DNA of 64,000 nucleotides from Myxococcota bacterium (GTDB lineage Bacteria; Myxococcota; Kuafuiibacteriia; Kuafuiibacteriales; Kuafuiibacteriaceae): NCBI GenBank assembly GCA_965223435.1, contig CBDCWQ010000023.1, positions 71,381 to 135,380 of the forward strand, read 5' to 3'. Shown piece by piece: positions 10,601 to 22,101 of this stretch (position 1 is its first letter; each line of letters starts with the position of its first letter). The notes under the pieces were generated by a model. It saw only the letters and a program-made list of their open reading frames with translations, ran no database searches and was not told where the DNA came from. The position numbers and the translations under genes were made by a program.

Positions 10601-13600
10601 GAAAGGTTCTTCGAGCTCTCCCAGAGGTTCTTGGGGGCCCGAAGAACGGTTTTGGCGGTGCGCGCGGCCCGGAGGGCCCCGAGGACGCCCATGGGATTGT
10701 ATTGTATCGGCCGGGCCACGGGCTCCGACCGGTTTTGGGGCTGAGCGCGTAGTCGGAGGCGATCGCCGCACTCGGCACGTCGGTCAACCTCGAGCTTGTA
10801 TGCGCCCGTCGCCACCAGGTCCGCCGCCGCTTCCCCGGAAACGTCCTGGCCGACCTCGCAGCGGTCTTGAGTGGGGTCCACATCGGATACCGCAAATGCC
10901 TGTTGACTGGGGATTCCGCCCAGGAGGGCGCCTACGAAGTGAACCGGGTTCCACTCGCCCACGGTTCGGTGTGCGATTGCGTCCGGCTGAAGTGATGGGT
11001 CGACGTGTTGTTCGATGTAGTTGTAGACATCAATGAACCACACGATGGCGGTGCTCGATACGAGGCGCGCCGAGAGGTCTTGGATGCGTTGGCTGGAGTA
11101 GAGAAAACCGTGATCGCGGACAAACGCCTGAGCGCCCGCCCAAAGCTGATGGGCCTCTTCGAGTAGCATCTGGGCCGCTGGGTATTCTGGGTGGGCATGC
11201 ACAAACTTGAACAGGCCCAAAATCAACCCCATGGTGGCTTCCAGGTGGTATGAAGATTCCTGAAGCTCGCTGGGCTCGATGTAGGGGTCTTTAAACGCGT
11301 TTTGAAAGTAGTGCGTACCGCGGTAGGTCCGTTGTGGAGGACAACGGACCCAGGTTGGGTCGCAGTCTTCGTCGCCCACGCTGAGGTCTTTGACAAACTG
11401 GAGCACGGTGTACTCCAAACATTGCCCCAGGCGTTCGGCGTAGAGTCCGCCGATGTCCTGTACGGATAAGGAGAGCCAGCTGCAGTTGTCGATGGCGACA
11501 TGAGGGCTCGCCGTGAAGCGGTAGGTCCCCGATGGTTCAGGTTCGAGGGTGCCGCCGGTGATCACCCGGCCGAGCGAATCGGATTCTAAAGCCGCCTCCA
11601 TGTTCTGGATTCGAAGCGTTCGTCGCTGGGTTTGGGCCTTGGTGAGGGGCACCTGGGTGGTGTTGTCGTGCTTGAGCTTTGCAAGGGTCGTCACAAACTC
11701 GGCCTTCCAGCCGTGCTCGTCGAAGAGGAGATTGAAGACGCCGTCTTGGACTTCGTCTCGCCAACGTTCGAGGTCTCTCGTCCAGTCCTGTTTCGCCTCT
11801 CGGCCTTTAGGGCCCAGAGCGTTCGCATGGTTGAGGGCGTGATTCAGGACGCTCAGTACGTCGAGGTTGTGCTCCGTCACCACGTTGTGGGCTTTGACCT
11901 GGGTCTTGAGGCGCACCCATTCCGCTTCATCGTTCAGCGGCCGTTCCTGCCAAGCGGAGTCATCCGAGGCCCGGTTTTCACATGGCTTGCCGAGCGTGCA
12001 CACTCGGATTTGGGTCGGACTGAAGTCTGCGTATCCGATGGCATCGAGCACGCTGTAGTAGGCCAATCGATGGTCTGGCCCGATGTCGCTGAAGATGCCC
12101 CGTGTGCCAGGGGTCTGCAGCCGATGGGGGGTGCTTGCCTCTTCGAGGCCTCGGGTCGTCCACCCGGCTGACATCAAACTCCCCATGCGGCCGTCATCGA
12201 TGGCCACCCGCAGGCGGTGTTCTTTGAGGCCGAGCAGTGCGTGGTGGTAACAGGCCTTCAGGGTTTTCTGCTCTTCGGGTGGTCCTTCGAGATAGGCACT
12301 GGAGGTCAAAAACACCCCGAGCCCGTGAACAACCCAGGCGTTGGCCCCTGTGACCAATCGCGCATCCCGCCACCCATCGTCTTTGGTATTCCACGAAAAC
12401 GGCCATCCTAAGATGACCCCACGTTCTCTCACCGCTCGGTGACAAAGGTAGCGCGCCATCCCACGCGCTTTGGGCCCGTATTTTTTGGAAGATGTCGCCA
12501 GCTGCGCCAAGGTGATGCCTTGGGTATAAGCCCACACGCGATCGAAATCCGCGAGATGATGGGCATCTCGCGCGGTCAGAGGATCTGGCACTCCAGAAGC
12601 TGTGTCCTCGCCCTTGGGCCCAAGGCCTTCAAGATGGACGCCCGGGAGGTACTCCACTTGGTAGGAGAACGCAGCGTGTTCATCATTGTGAGTGTTGCCG
12701 CTTGCATGTGCTGTTTCATGAGAGCCTGCTTCTTCTGAAAGCGTATCTTCATACGCGTCCCTGTCGTGGCCCAAAGAGCCGATGGGCTCACCTGCACTGG
12801 TGTTTGCAGTCACGGTCTTTGCAGTCGACGGGTCTGGAAGCGGAGGGTGCTTGAGCAACCGGTCTCGAAGGTCAATGGCGTTTGCGTAGTTCCCCGCGGG
12901 TGTCTCCCATGCGATGTGGGCTGCGTGTGGCGGCGTATCGGCCTGTTGAAGTTCTGTGAATCCCAGGGTGACGTGGCTTTCGCTGAGAGCGAGCCCCAGC
13001 CTTTCACCCTGGGGGAGGACCACTTGCCCCACACCCTCCTCGAGCTCAAAACGTAAAGGGGTACGCGCGACGGCGCTAGACGAAACCGCGGAACCCTCGT
13101 GCTTTGGGTCTCGGTGAGCGTCCATCGAGACTTCGACCGACCCCTTTGCGTTGACGGGGACAAAGTGTTTGTTGACTGCGCGGATCGTCATGGGCACCCG
13201 TTGGTGGGAACTGGTCTTGGTGGGGGCTTGTACTTCGAGATGCGAAAAAGCCGATGCGTTTGAGGCCCGGGCGGTGACGATGTGGCTACCCACCTCGCTG
13301 GCTTCACCCGGTCTCACCCACGCGGCAAAAAAGAGGCCTTCGTGGACGCTGAGAGAAGGCCGCTGGCCCGGCATGCCTTCGCCCAAAATGGCCAGCTGTG
13401 GCATGGCGTCCGTCGCATCGCTTGGCGAAGGTGACCAACTGAGGCCACCGTCTAGAGAATAGGAAACCTGCATGGAAGCGCCCAAGCGCGTTCCATCCGC
13501 ATCGGGGTGCGCCGGCGCGGACGTACCTGCGCTTAGCGCCATGGGCGCGTCGGCACCATGCAACACGTTCGTGGTCGCTGTGTCGAGAGTCGGCGACGAA

Positions 13601-15795
13601 ACCAACGCGTTTGTGGTCGCTGTGCCGAGAGTTGGCGACGAAACGGAAGGGATCCGCTCGAAGACCGCTGCCAGTGTCCCGTCGGGTGCGGTGTAGACTC
13701 GGGGGCGCGTCGGCTGCTGTTGCCATCCGTCCACGGCGGCTCCGGAAGCCACCACCGAGATCCGCCATGCGGTGAATGGGTCGTCCGACCACCGATTCTG
13801 AGCGACGCCGCGGCTACCGGTTTGGACCCACGGACCTTGCTTGAGTGGCCGTTGGGCAATCTTGATCTTGGGTTCGGTATGCCACGAGCCGCTGTACAAA
13901 TATTGGTGTTGGTACCCGACGCCTGCGCCCTCAGGGTCATCACCCGGTGCGAACGCGGGTTTCCAGACGCTTCGCCACCCGACGAGCATCCTCGTGGGAT
14001 GTTGCTTCTGGATGACCGCATCGCCGTAAACGGGCTGTTGGGTCATCTGGACCCAGGCCGGATTCAAGACCGGCTGGTTGTCCCATATCCGCGACTGTCG
14101 GGCGATGATGCTGAGTATATCGCCATCGACGTGCAAGGCGGGTTCGGCCATTTCGCTTTCTTCGATGCGTTCGACATAGGTGATGGCCGTGTTGCCCTGG
14201 GCGTCTGGCTCCAAGCCTTCATTCAATCGATAGGACTCTTCGCACCAACAATCTTCGCATCGGCAAGGCTTGCCGTCGGAAGGTGCATAGTATGCTTTGT
14301 AACGAACGACCTCGGTTGCCACCTGTCTTTTGCGTACATCGAAGACGCTCGAAGGTGTGCCTTCTAGGTTCTTGAGATAGTACACCTTGCGTGCTTCGTT
14401 CCATACCAGGTGGTGGTCTCCGTAGCGGTCGTACGCTGCATCGAGGGCCCGTTTGCGGTTGCCGTTGCTTCGCACCCTCCGGGGAAGACTGAAAGTCTGA
14501 CCGCCATCCTGGCTTTGGACCACGTAGAGCTCGCTGGAATCATCTTCTGGATGTGTGGCTTCTTCTACCCACGCGATCGACACCAAATCGGCATGGGCGG
14601 TCAGAGCGAGATCGTGTACGTATCTGCCTGCATGTAAGGTGGCGACGGGCGCGACGGGTCGAAAGCTTCCTGGCAGTCCCGCTTTGGGGCTTTGGGTATA
14701 CTGAATCTGGGTCCTCCCCCCGGCGGAGGGCCTCCCAACAAGGGCAACGTGGGCATAGACCCGGCCGTTTTGCGTACTGAGTGCGGTTCGAGGAAGGCGC
14801 GTTTGTTGTTCTGGGGTAGTTAGTGCGGCGGCTGCTTCAAATTGGCCGGGGGCAGGGGGCCCGTTGGCTTCGAGCATGGAGAGAAAGACTGGATGGGAGC
14901 GAACGGACTCGTGTGCGCTTCCTGTCCCGTCGTCGACGGCGGCCGAAACTTGGTACTTCATGGCCCGGCGGTGCGGGAAGACCGTGCCGCGATACTCGGT
15001 GGATGTCTGCTCGGCGATGGGTTCACCGTTTTGAAAAATTCGAAAGGACACAGTGGCATCTGGTGGGATCACGCTGTCGTCGTCGAACCGTGTTGGTCTT
15101 TGCCACCAAAGCCGTACCCTGGTGCCCGACAAGGTGGCCCCGAGGCCGCCCGGCGCCCGGCTTCGCTTGAAATGCAAAGCCTTAGCATGCTCTGCCGTAT
15201 TCGTTTCGGGGCGTGACGATTCGGTACTCTGAAGAGGGTCTTTAGGCTTCGGGATACGCACCCAATAACCTCGCCCCGGCAAAAAAGATTGACCGGATTC
15301 CATCCGCTCAAACCTTTGAACGGAGGCGTTCCAAAGTAAGGCTTTGCTTGCCTGGCCATCGAACACGGCGGGGCGGGCCACGCTCAAAACCTGCCATCCG
15401 TCGGCTGCATGGGTCGACGAAGCAACCCACCGCCCGGCAGTCTTTGCATTCCAGGGCAACACCAGCCGCTCGGGAGACCATCCCCAGTACGTGACGCCTG
15501 CTTCGACAGCGGAAACCTGAAGGGGTGATTGCCAGGTGTTTGGAGACGTAGAAACGGACCATAGCTTAAGGTCCGGGACCTTCAGGACTTCGCCCAATTG
15601 GGGTGTTCGGGGAAAGCTAAGAAGATTCCACCCACGCTCAATCACTTGCTCAAAAGACTCCGTATCTGTCGCCAGCGACGTGGATGCCGATTGACAGAGT
15701 GCGATACTGACCAGACCAACAAGTGGCCAGTGGACTTGTTGCCCTGCCGTCCGCAGGTGGTGCCCTGCGCGCCGCGTGTTGTTGCTTTTTCTCAA
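7642..15795 (-). CDS. Giant secreted protein, paralog A (2717 aa): GW..GYW module x2, FN3-like, BNR-motif region, conserved helical module, long unique region, HExxH C-terminal region
   Basis: N-terminal signal peptide (WPLVGLVSIALCQSASTSLA). ERGWNLLSF...GVTYWGW and DGWQVLSV...LPGRGYWVRI. BNR-like SQDGGQTFS and SLDGGLSWS. Motifs DFDRVWAYTQGITLAQL, GWPFSWNTKDDGWRDARLVTGANAWVVHGLG, NVVTEHNLDVLSVLNHAL, AIDNCSWLSLSV, SYHLEATMGLILGL and YSSQRIQDLSARLVSSTAIVWFIDVYNY are shared with ORFs B, C and D. Confidence 0.9.
8164..8178 (-). other. HELGH (HExxH) zinc-metallopeptidase-type motif in the paralog A C-terminal region
   Basis: Forward gtggcccagctcgtg is the reverse complement of cac gag ctg ggc cac. 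The context is MVSGLVHELGHALYFRLLE, with acidic residues downstream (EVIEHFKED). This is a motif-level call only; one HExxH could arise by chance among ~15,000 translated residues. Confidence 0.45.
11010..12560 (-). other. Conserved ~500-aa helical module, copy A
   Basis: Runs from DFDRVWAYTQG (about 12531-12560) to AIVWFIDVYNY (about 11010-11040). It is colinear with copies at 29310-30700, 36420-37975 and 59465-60900. Confidence 0.6.
13250..14870 (-). other. BNR-motif (sialidase/beta-propeller-like) region of paralog A
   Basis: S.DGG.(T/S)(F/W)S motifs at about 14494-14517 (QSQDGGQT) and 13441-13470 (YSLDGGL). Boundaries are approximate. Confidence 0.5.
13565..13648 (-). repeat. 42-bp x2 in-frame tandem repeat (SSPTLGTATTNALV / SSPTLDTATTNVLH)
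   Basis: acgttcgtggtcgctgtgtcgagagtcggcgacgaaaccaac is followed by gcgtttgtggtcgctgtgccgagagttggcgacgaaacggaa. Confidence 0.9.
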
Positions 15796-16250
15796 ACTGT
15801 GCCCCCCGCTGCCAAGTCCCTCGTGGGTTCAGACGCTATCCCCTGAAAACCATGCCCCAATGGTCCTCGCCGGTGCGTCTGTTCGTGACTCGGTTATGCC
15901 CGGTGATCACGGGGAGTCAAAGACCGTTTTAGGAAAAACGCTCCGCTTTGCCGAAATTTGTCAACATCCGGGGATACGCAAAGAGAATTGCAGGCGCGGC
16001 AAGAGGAGTCTGGGGTTTCCGATAGCTGTCGACATACCCCATATCGGGTCGACTCATCGAGAGGTGGGCAAGCTCCATGTCCAGGCCCCAGTCCCGAATA
16101 CGAGGGTGCTCGAGCCGCGCCTACGTTCGGTGACGAACGTTGAGCGCCAACTCTCGATCGCAAACATAGGGATGGCACTCCTGTGCCGTTTAGGTGGCAA
16201 GATGATGCAGCCGTTTGTCGTAGCTCGTTCGTCTCTGATACAAAAGCTGC

Positions 16251-16918
16251 ATGGCCGCGACTCATGAAATCCGGGCCGAATACGACCGTGCGTCCATCGT
16301 CGTGTATCAGGCCTACGGTGAGGCTATTGCGAAGCCTGCAGTCCAAGCACAGAAACTCGTTCCGCCGTTCTCACTCCATCGAATGACCTGGATCAAGCCC
16401 TCGTTTCTCTGGATGATGCATCGGAGCAACTGGGGCAAGAAATCCGGCCAGGAAAGAACGCTCGCCGTCCGCATTTCGCTTGCGGGCTGGGACGAGGCAC
16501 TTTCGCTCGCGGTACTCACGTCTCCCGAACCCAAGGTCCACGGTTCTGCGGTTACTTGGGACAAAGAGTTCAAGAAGGCTGTCGTCCATGTGCAGTGGGA
16601 TACGGAGCGGTCACTTCGCGGGGCCGCGTTTGATCACTACAGTATTCAGGTAGGACTCAGCCGGCATATCATTGAAAAGTTCGTCGAGGAGTGGATCCTG
16701 TCCATCGAAGATATATCTCACCGGGGGAGATTCGGGTTCGAGGTGATGGTCAGTGGCGTACGTTTACCCGGGACCTCCAGGCAGATCTCGAGACCGATCC
16801 CCAGAACAGCGGCGAAAAGATCCTTACGGTGGAACGGTTTTTGGTTCGTGGACACGTTCGCGTCGACGACATCAAGCTGCTCACCCATGGCGGACCAAGC
16901 GAATGGGCTCCCATGTGA
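16251..16918 (+). pseudogene. DUF4291-family gene with an apparent 1-nt frameshift in a G5 run (16723-16727)
   Basis: N-terminal ~155 aa ([21 protein letters not shown]...[32 protein letters not shown]...VQWDTERSL...WILSIEDIS) match my recollection of DUF4291 proteins. After the G run the original frame becomes Arg/Ser/Pro-rich and runs to 17123, overlapping the next gene. The other frame reads [11 protein letters not shown]...[10 protein letters not shown] and stops at 16918, giving a family-typical length of ~220 aa. Confidence 0.55.
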
Positions 16919-16990
16919 TGCTGCTCACTGGCGAACACCCGCCACCAAAGGCTTTCGATCCGTTTTGTTCTGGGTACCGTATGGACATTC

Positions 16991-18469
16991 ATGTACACAG
17001 CCCCAACACCCCTTTTACAAAAAAGCCCGAGGCGCGTTTTCGCCGACTTGTCTTGTCTTGGTCTCTTGTCGTGCGTGGCGACGGCCATGCTGGCACAACC
17101 CAAGGCCCATGCGCAAAATTTGAACGAGGCGCCCAAACCGCTCGCTGAAGCGACCAAAAAGGAAATCGACAAGGCGCTTTGTCGGAAGCGTCGGAGCGTG
17201 AGGCGTACGAAAGTGACTCGGGACCCCAAGACCGGCAAGATTCGAAGGAGATCCTACAGTAAGAAAATACAGCCCCCAGTCATCTCCCCGCCGGAGGCTG
17301 CGGCCCGCATCAAGGCGTTTTGCACCAAGTACTTGGCCAAATCGTGTTCCGAGGCGCGCATCAAGGTGCGAAAGCTGAAGGCCCAGCTGCGCGACGCCCA
17401 AGGACGTCTCGCTGATGGGAGGGAGCTTCTCCGAGATCCAGATAAGATCGAAGAAGAGCTGGCCACCACCACAGCGTGGATCGCAGAAAACTGTCCGGAT
17501 CGAGACGCTTTTATCGAGGGCCTTCTTGAAGACTACACCGTCCACATCTTTCAGACCAGCACTCGCTTGGGGAGTACGCCTCCGCCGGGGTGCACGCACT
17601 TTTTGTCTTCGGGTGGAATAGAATGCCGCAACGGGCGCGTGGTTGAGGTTCTCTACCGCTTTTATACTTGTCCGGGTGTGAGCCAGACCTATGTGACCGA
17701 GGAGATAAAAGTTGGCGAGCGTTGCCCGAAGGGCACCGCGGAAACGCCACATCCCTATCTCGGCCACCCCAAATACATACCGGTGGCCCCGATTCCGCCC
17801 GCAAAAAAAATACCTCCGAAAAAAGCGCCGGTGAAGAAAGTGCTACCCAAGGCGCCGGATGGCCCGAGGACGGAACTGAAAACTTCGTACCGACTGCCCG
17901 TGGAGTCTGGGTTGGGTGAGAGGAGCGAGGTGCAGTACGTTGGACCTACGCCAGAGCGCTCGAGCGTCATGTTTTCGGTTGTCGCCATGACCCATTTTCG
18001 GTCGGGCGATGTGCTGGCGTTGGCCGTAGAAGGGTCTGAGCTCAGCGGTTTTGCGATCGCCTTGGACCAGCTGCATCCGGGCTCTGAGCTGTTCGAGGTG
18101 GAGCCTCCTCAATTAGGGACCCTGGAAGAAGGAGACAATGCGTTGATCTATCGCCCGAATGCTTCAACGCTTGAGTCGGATGAGTTCTGGTATATGACCC
18201 AGGACGCTGAAGGCACACTGAAGACCTGGAATGTGCTGGTCGTGCCCGACGTTGGAGATGATTTTGTCGGCTTCGAGCTTGACTGGACCTCGCTTTTTGA
18301 GGACGAACAAGCAGAAAGTGAGCCCGAAACCGTACAAGAGACTGGGCCCGCACCTGTCCTCTTGACCCCATATTTGGCGCCGGATAAACAACCCATTCCG
18401 GCAACGGCGCCACTTGGATTCGATCCCGTTTCGAGCCCACTGCTCCCCTCTAGATTTTTGGCGGAATAG
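16991..18469 (+). CDS. Secreted hypothetical protein (492 aa)
   Basis: Signal peptide [28 protein letters not shown]|QN, a Lys-rich coiled region, a Cys-containing middle part, a [15 protein letters not shown] linker and an acidic C-terminal domain. I recognise no family. Confidence 0.7.
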   Translation: MYTAPTPLLQKSPRRVFADLSCLGLLSCVATAMLAQPKAHAQNLNEAPKPLAEATKKEIDKALCRKRRSVRRTKVTRDPKTGKIRRRSYSKKIQPPVISPPEAAARIKAFCTKYLAKSCSEARIKVRKLKAQLRDAQGRLADGRELLRDPDKIEEELATTTAWIAENCPDRDAFIEGLLEDYTVHIFQTSTRLGSTPPPGCTHFLSSGGIECRNGRVVEVLYRFYTCPGVSQTYVTEEIKVGERCPKGTAETPHPYLGHPKYIPVAPIPPAKKIPPKKAPVKKVLPKAPDGPRTELKTSYRLPVESGLGERSEVQYVGPTPERSSVMFSVVAMTHFRSGDVLALAVEGSELSGFAIALDQLHPGSELFEVEPPQLGTLEEGDNALIYRPNASTLESDEFWYMTQDAEGTLKTWNVLVVPDVGDDFVGFELDWTSLFEDEQAESEPETVQETGPAPVLLTPYLAPDKQPIPATAPLGFDPVSSPLLPSRFLAE

Positions 18470-18501
18470 GGCGCCTTCAAAGCGTCAATTCCGACGTGGA
18501 T

Positions 18502-18573
18502 CTAGACGTCCAGGTCTAAGTCCAGGTCCAGGTCCAGGTCCAGGTCCAGGTCGTCGAGGTCCACGTCCTCGAA
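18502..18573. repeat. Intergenic hexanucleotide microsatellite, (GTCCAG)5 perfect core at 18520-18549 with degenerate flanking units
   Basis: The sequence reads gacgtccaggtctaagtccaggtccaggtccaggtccaggtccaggtcgtcgaggtccacgtcctc. It lies between the stop at 18469 and the start at 18684. No ORF of plausible size covers it on either strand. Confidence 0.9.
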
Positions 18574-18683
18574 GCCGGTTGCTTCACTCGATCATAAGCC
18601 CACCGAAACCGAGCCGGTGCGCGCGCAAGTGAGGGTCGTGTAAAAATGCCGATCCGTCACGGTTGTTCGAGCGTACCCTCTTT

Positions 18684-21600
18684 ATGCAAACAACCAAAGC
18701 TCTCGCTACGAAGGGGACCGCCAAGCGGCCATTGACCCGTCTCGGTTTGTGGATTGGGGTTCCTATTTCACTGGCAATCGGGTCCGTTCAGTGCGGCCCA
18801 CCGGCTGACTTTCAGACCCAAGATTCGATTGTTCAACCGGTGTTGACGCCCGTGTCGTTGATTGAGCCGGCCAAGCCTCTGTCGTGTACGTTTGGTACCG
18901 TTCCATCAGGCACCTTGGGCGCGGCGCCGGTGCAGTGTGTGAAAAAGCTAACATCACTTCTGTTGAACGAGGTCATGTTTCGACCGAAAGCGTTCGGCAA
19001 TCCTTTTGAAACCTCTGCTTGGGTGGAGCTCTTCAATTCGAGTTTTTTGCCGGTCGTTCTTGACGATGTGCGGTTGCTCAACCTCGCGGGCGATGAGCTG
19101 GTTCTGCCTAAGGTCACCATTCCCCCGGAGGGCTATTTTTTGGTGGTATTGGGTGACGGTGTCAACGATCTCGACCTGACGGACGGACGAGGCGTGGTGT
19201 TCTTCGATGGGGTCTCTTTCTCTTTGGGAGAGTCCTCCGGCGCCCTTGGGTTGGTGGAGGCCACGGGAGCTTTTTTGGATTTTGTGGCGTGGCATGACCC
19301 TCGAAGCGGGCGGGCGTTTTTAGGAGGGCCAGCGTACACGCGAGCCGTTGCTGCGGGAGAGTGGCCCGCCGATTCGGTGTTTGAGACGCGTTTTCGCGTC
19401 GGAGCTACCGGGAAGGTGCACACCCTTCGGGCGGGTGATTCGATGGGGCGTGATGCAACGGGGGGGGACCGAAACCGGCCCCGGGATTGGTTCACCCGCG
19501 GTGGACGCGACGCAGCCAAGCCCTCGCCGGGCCTGGACAACCGAACCGAAAAAAAGGCAGAGACGCCCGATGCGCCCGCCCATATCCCGAAGAAGAAGTG
19601 GCTTGTCCTCCTTTACATGGCTGCCGACAACGACCTCGAAAACGATATCTGGGACAACGTGAACCAAATCGAGAAGGCGCTTCAAAAACAGACGGGCCAG
19701 AACAAAACAGTGGACGCCCATTTTGTGGTCCAGTTTGAGGGCGTGGGTGACCTCGGTGCCCAGCGAGGACTTCTTGGGGCCGATGGTTCGGACAAGACGG
19801 TGAAGTTTCAGAAGCTGAAGGGCCAGGCTGCGTTTGGGCCCGGCGAAGTGGAGATGGCCAACCCCGCCACGCTCAAAGCTTTCATTGAATGGTCGCTGAC
19901 CGCATTTCAGGGGAAATATGACAAACGCGCTCTGGTCATCTCTGGTCACGGAAACGGATGGAAGGGGCTCGGCGACGACGGGGCCTACGCGGACTGGAAG
20001 GCGGCGAACGGAAAAACGGTGCCCTCGATCATGACCATGGCTGAGCTTAGACAGGGCATTTCGCGAACCTTTGATGTCATCGCCTTTGACATGTGTTCCA
20101 TGGCTGCGCTCGAGGTCGCCTACCAACTTCATGACAAGGGTCGGGATTCGAGTGCGGCCTTCGTTGCTTCTGAATTGACGGTGCCCGGCGAAGGTTTTGC
20201 CTACTCGGCCTTGGTCGGCGGCGTTGGGGGTGCTGCTACGGGTGCCGACCTGGGAAAGATGCTCGTGGATGCGTTCGATACGAAGTACGCGGAGGATGCT
20301 GGCGCTGGGGAGTGGTCGTTGTCGGCTTTTAAACTCGGTCCTCCGATTACGGAACTCTACGACAAGGTCAACCAGTTTGCCCTGGATATGGGTTCAAGTC
20401 GTCCTACGCGGACGCCGACCAAGCAGCCTGGTCTTGATGACCACCTCAACAGTGATTTTCCATCGGACAACGTGCAGGTCAGGGTAGGCAAACACCGGTC
20501 GGGGGCTGCCTCAGAGGACGATGTGGTTGATTTGTATGATTTTGTCGAACGGGTGGGCAAGGACAGCCAGATTCCAGCGCCGTACCGGGCCGGTACGGCA
20601 CCGATCATGGCGAAGGTGGTGGCCGCGCGAGTCGCGAACAAGTTTGAAATCGACAGCGCCGGTCAATTGAATGGGCTAAGCATTTACTTTCCGCTTCACC
20701 AGGACTCTGGCAAGGGTTCAAAGACCTATACGTTCAACGGAGCGGATGCGCCCAAAGCCTGGAACGATAAGAGCAAGGTCAAATACGGACCGGACGGCCG
20801 CCCTGCCGCCTTTCGGGATGCGCCCCTAGAACCGCGCCCCAACGCGCCCGGTTTTCTTTTTGCACAAAACGAGTGGGTCCACTTTTTGCATCGGATGTAC
20901 GAGCCTGTTGCCCACGCGCGTTGCCGTGCTTTCAACGGTGCGAATTTTGCCTCCTGCCGAGCCGTAGGCTCCACAAACTTTGATGGCAAGCTAGTGGAGT
21001 ACATGTGGGACTTGTCACCCGGCATTTCGACCGACGACGAAGACGTTGATCGAGACGGTCAAGACGAGCCGAACGATGATGTGGATGCGGTGGGTGATGG
21101 CATCAGCCTTTGGCTACCCGCCTTTGGCCTCGCCGGCGGGGGTGAGCTCGAAGGGGGCTATGGCGGTCTCCTGTTGGAACCGCTTCTGCTGACGATTCCT
21201 ATTGTGCTCACGGTCTGGAACGACATGCACGAAAAGACGGGGTCAAAGAGAGCCCGCGAGGCCGACCAAGACCTGACCTTCGTCAAGTTTATTTCCCTCC
21301 GAGAGACATGGCAGGGCGAGTCCAAGGGAACCTTGGGAAACGACCGGCTCTCCTTTTCCAATGTCACGGATGAGCCCCTCCAGTCTGTATGGGTACTGAA
21401 GACCTGGGCTCAAGGTGAACTCGAATTGCTTTCGGTGACTGTGACCAGCGATCAGCGGGGTGTTCTTTTGGCCAAGGTGAGCCCAGAGGGCGTCGGGGAA
21501 ACAGCGGGTGTACGGGTTGAGTTGGAAGAGGACGTTTTGGTGGGTGAAGACATTGCGTTTGAGTTTGTGTTCTCAGAGCTTGAGGACGTCGATGGGGACG

Positions 21601-21794
21601 CCGGCTACCGAGTGACCTCAGAGCTGGGTGCGCTGGGGCTCGACTCGACGCGTCGTGCGTCCTTCAGGCCTGAAAGCCCCCTAGAAAAGCTCGAACTCGT
21701 GCCTGAAGTGCGACCCCCAGAAGCGAGAACCTCGTTTCCCGAGTTTTTGCCTGAAGCGCGACGCCCAGAAGCCCGATCCTTGTTTCACGAATAG
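18684..21794 (+). CDS. Secreted/lipoprotein with lamin-tail-like domain (LTD) and clostripain-like (peptidase C11) cysteine protease domain
   Basis: ATG at 18684 gives MQTTKALATKGTAKRPLTRLGLWIGVPISLAIGSVQC. LLLNEVMFRP...AWVELFNSS...VLDDVRL is LTD-like. KKWLVLLYMAADNDLENDI, ALVISGHGNGWKG (His codon 19947-19949) and FDVIAFDMCSMAALEV (Cys codon 20094-20096) match the C11 His/Cys dyad context. The C-terminus carries a 15-16-aa tandem duplication, VPEVRPPEARTSFPEF / LPEARRPEARSLFHE (21699-21791). Confidence 0.85.
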   Translation: MQTTKALATKGTAKRPLTRLGLWIGVPISLAIGSVQCGPPADFQTQDSIVQPVLTPVSLIEPAKPLSCTFGTVPSGTLGAAPVQCVKKLTSLLLNEVMFRPKAFGNPFETSAWVELFNSSFLPVVLDDVRLLNLAGDELVLPKVTIPPEGYFLVVLGDGVNDLDLTDGRGVVFFDGVSFSLGESSGALGLVEATGAFLDFVAWHDPRSGRAFLGGPAYTRAVAAGEWPADSVFETRFRVGATGKVHTLRAGDSMGRDATGGDRNRPRDWFTRGGRDAAKPSPGLDNRTEKKAETPDAPAHIPKKKWLVLLYMAADNDLENDIWDNVNQIEKALQKQTGQNKTVDAHFVVQFEGVGDLGAQRGLLGADGSDKTVKFQKLKGQAAFGPGEVEMANPATLKAFIEWSLTAFQGKYDKRALVISGHGNGWKGLGDDGAYADWKAANGKTVPSIMTMAELRQGISRTFDVIAFDMCSMAALEVAYQLHDKGRDSSAAFVASELTVPGEGFAYSALVGGVGGAATGADLGKMLVDAFDTKYAEDAGAGEWSLSAFKLGPPITELYDKVNQFALDMGSSRPTRTPTKQPGLDDHLNSDFPSDNVQVRVGKHRSGAASEDDVVDLYDFVERVGKDSQIPAPYRAGTAPIMAKVVAARVANKFEIDSAGQLNGLSIYFPLHQDSGKGSKTYTFNGADAPKAWNDKSKVKYGPDGRPAAFRDAPLEPRPNAPGFLFAQNEWVHFLHRMYEPVAHARCRAFNGANFASCRAVGSTNFDGKLVEYMWDLSPGISTDDEDVDRDGQDEPNDDVDAVGDGISLWLPAFGLAGGGELEGGYGGLLLEPLLLTIPIVLTVWNDMHEKTGSKRAREADQDLTFVKFISLRETWQGESKGTLGNDRLSFSNVTDEPLQSVWVLKTWAQGELELLSVTVTSDQRGVLLAKVSPEGVGETAGVRVELEEDVLVGEDIAFEFVFSELEDVDGDAGYRVTSELGALGLDSTRRASFRPESPLEKLELVPEVRPPEARTSFPEFLPEARRPEARSLFHE

Positions 21795-22101
21795 TCGATT
21801 GGTGTTGTCGGGTCATAGAACGATTCGAAAATTCGATTTTCACTCTCGGATGCGCTTCAAAATTTGGCTTAGGCATTCGAGGTTCACGATCTTGTTCCCT
21901 GTTGAGGACTGAAAACCAGCCTTGAATGAAGGTGAGCTCGGTCACGCAGCGGGTCTTTTTGCTGGTGATTGAGAACTCCTGGATCCTACCTGTCGGGAGT
22001 TTCCAACAGCTCTGCCCCGTACGCATTGAGCTACAATGCTACAAAGTGCGTGCAAGTTTGACGCAATACGACCTGGCATATGGGTTGCTCAATTGCTTGT
22101 C

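Noticed and set aside
15796-16250. ORFs at 15776-16267 plus (163 aa) and 15894-16346 minus (150 aa), in the gap between paralog A and the DUF4291 gene.
   Set aside because: They mutually overlap, are Arg/Pro/Ser-rich and have no motifs. They are treated as non-coding divergent intergenic DNA.
22036-22101. Upstream-extended starts offered by the ORF track: 22036 for the small lipoprotein, TTG 22450 for Rhs, TTG 18663 for the C11 peptidase and 4093 for the Ig-repeat protein.
   Set aside because: In each case an internal ATG places a typical signal peptide or lipobox at the N-terminus. For Rhs that ATG is also preceded by an AAGGA Shine-Dalgarno-like motif. The extensions add non-signal-like residues, so the shorter models are preferred, with start uncertainty acknowledged.
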